This document shows, piece by piece, positions 7,702 to 9,007 of a DNA stretch of 9,007 bases. A program made the position numbers and the translations under genes. The notes under the pieces were generated by a model. It saw only the letters and a list, made by a program, of their open reading frames with translations. It ran no database searches and was not told the DNA's origin. Position 1 is the first letter of the stretch. Every line of letters begins with the position of its first letter. The DNA comes from Oopsacas minuta (lineage: Eukaryota > Animalia > Porifera). The DNA lies in NCBI GenBank assembly GCA_024704765.1, contig JAKMXF010000159.1, positions 3,015 through 12,021 on the forward strand. Reading direction: 5' to 3'.

Positions 7702-7786
7702 CAGCAACGGATCCTGACTTTTTAAACCCAATTCTAACACATTCTGGGGACCCCCTGCTGTCATCCGTGGACCCCAAGGGGTAACA
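7702..7786. repeat. Degenerate transposon-end/MITE remnant
   Basis: A GC-rich island starting CAGCAACGGATCCTGACTTTTT (hAT-MITE-like opening), containing GGACCCC motifs and ending GGGGTAACA (reverse complement TGTTACCCC, an integrase-type terminus). No convincing TSD. Confidence 0.35.
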
Positions 7787-8240
7787 CTGTTATAAATTGA
7801 AATGATAGAACAATTTCGTAATTTCTCAAATAAAACAAATGTTGTTTACACCTTGTGTCAACAAATTTGAATGTATTATATTTGTGTGTATTATCTTCTC
7901 CATTCAGTAGTCCTACTTTAGGATTCCTCCTCTTCCTTTTAAGATAATTCCTAGGCAGATTGCTAATGATGTTCCTCTCCCTTGCTTTTACTCTACATAG
8001 CATTATCATACAGCATACAGCTGATAAGATTAGTATTACACCAATACATAAGTGGATTAGTAGAAATATCATCGGCATTGGATCTATTGGAATATAGTAG
8101 AATTCGGATAGGACGTATCCTGGATCTACTCCTAGACAAGAGGACCCTTACTACGCCCCTATGTCCCCTACAGGCACACAATCTAGACCCCAGGACACTT
8201 CTACTAGCCATCAGTATAATACTTTGAAGTGAAGCTTCAT
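7761..8240 (-). pseudogene. Remnant of a single-pass membrane protein (TM helix plus basic juxtamembrane segment)
   Basis: IFLLIHLCIGVILILSAVCCMIMLC (8069-7995) is followed by RVKARERN...KRKRRNPK, with CTA/GTA/ATA codon usage like the intact gene. The same frame extends to an ATG at 8240 with a signal-peptide-like MKLHFKVLY*WLVEVSWG, but has three stops (8213-8211, 8153-8151, 8150-8148). Confidence 0.5.
8101..8232 (+). other. Possible terminal exon of a tyrosine-motif cytoplasmic tail (alternative reading of the same DNA)
   Basis: After an AG at 8099-8100: NSDRTYPGSTPRQEDPYYAPMSPTGTQSRPQDTSTSHQYNTLK*. It is S/T/P-rich with YAPM and YNTL motifs, followed by a T-rich tract. Confidence 0.35.
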
Positions 8241-8438
8241 TTACTTGTTTTTACGTTTGTATATATATTGAATTCGAATATTGTATATTTGTAGTTATAA
8301 ATTACATTAAGTATTGTGTAATGCGAATTTTATTGTTTATAATTCAAGCAATTTTCTTGCTATTTCTATCGCTTAGTGTAAGGTTCTAAACACTAACTTC
8401 ATTCTTAGTAATAATATTACAATATTCCATCGTTTAGG

Positions 8439-8479
8439 ACAAGGGCGCTCAAACGGTGGCCCTTGTAGCATTTTGCTTG
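8439..8479 (+). mobile_element. Candidate degenerate Helitron 3' terminus
   Basis: GC-rich 8-bp stem ACAAGGGC/GCCCTTGT (8439-8466), 9-nt spacer AGCATTTTG, then CTTG|T, one mismatch from CTAG|T. Confidence 0.3.
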
Positions 8480-9007
8480 TATTTCCAAAAAAGGTGTATA
8501 CTAATTTGTGAAGAAATACTAGTCTTTTTAACCTTATTTCTACAGTATTGGCATAACTCTTCAATTCTATTGAATAGAGTGGGAGTATAACCGTTATCTT
8601 CAGTAATTATTAATGATAAAATGATGTATAGGATAAGTAAATGGACAGAAAATACCTCTAAAATATCAGAATATATATTTCCAACTAAGAATTGACTTTA
8701 AATGTTATTAACTGTTTAACCTCAAACCAGCACTGATAACAAGCAAAGAATACAAGAAAGCATAAACCAAATTCAAAGACATTAAATGTCATTCAAAGTA
8801 GAATTACATTTCAAAAATATAGAATCCATTGTTATGCAATATTCTGACAAATTGTATAGCTTGTGAATACATGAATCTAACACCAAATGTGATGTAAGAT
8901 ATGTGGCATGAAAGATGCTACAAAACTTTGTGTGTAATCACTAGATATTAAAGTTTGATAACATCATCTGCTTGTCCCATCGGCATTTTCGTAGAGCTGC
9001 TATGATT

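Noticed and set aside
7500-7786. Solo LTR reading (TGTTA...TAACA)
   Set aside because: No candidate left end gives a matching TSD, and there is no PBS/PPT or retroelement coding remnant.
8373-8564. 63-aa minus-strand ORF
   Set aside because: It is short, has no motifs and overlaps the hairpin repeat candidate.
8941-9006. Minus-strand IIAALRKCRWDKQMMLSNFNI*, faintly UBA-like, possibly the end of a gene outside the window
   Set aside because: Only 21 codons are visible at the window edge, too little to call.
1-9007. CRISPR array, tRNA, rRNA or prokaryotic operon
   Set aside because: No regularly spaced repeats or structural RNA signatures were seen, and spliceosomal introns show the DNA is eukaryotic.

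Overview
AT-rich eukaryotic DNA with GT-AG introns, probably animal. The coiled-coil + NHL gene family and the codon habits recall glass sponges such as Oopsacas; this is from memory and unverified. The window is mostly decayed, rearranged sequence around one intact gene. Left to right: (1) two broken fragments of a MAP3K19/YSK4-like kinase whose exons are in permuted order (74-1205, +), with a 22-bp-stem hairpin in one intron; (2) a chimeric coiled-coil/NHL-repeat pseudogene on the minus strand (1530-2561) containing an inverted segment; (3) a decayed Ginger2/Tdd-like (KRBA2/SCAND3-type) DDE transposase (2712-5186) interrupted by a 477-bp hAT MITE with perfect TIRs and 8-bp TSD; (4) an intact, intronless 525-codon ORF (5768-7345) encoding an ~11-TM histidine-rich membrane protein fused to a C-terminal cytochrome b5 domain, which is the most interesting item; (5) remnants of a single-pass membrane protein and Helitron-like 3' ends. 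Two single N bases (1849, 5709) lie at or near module boundaries, so long-range linkage needs checking.
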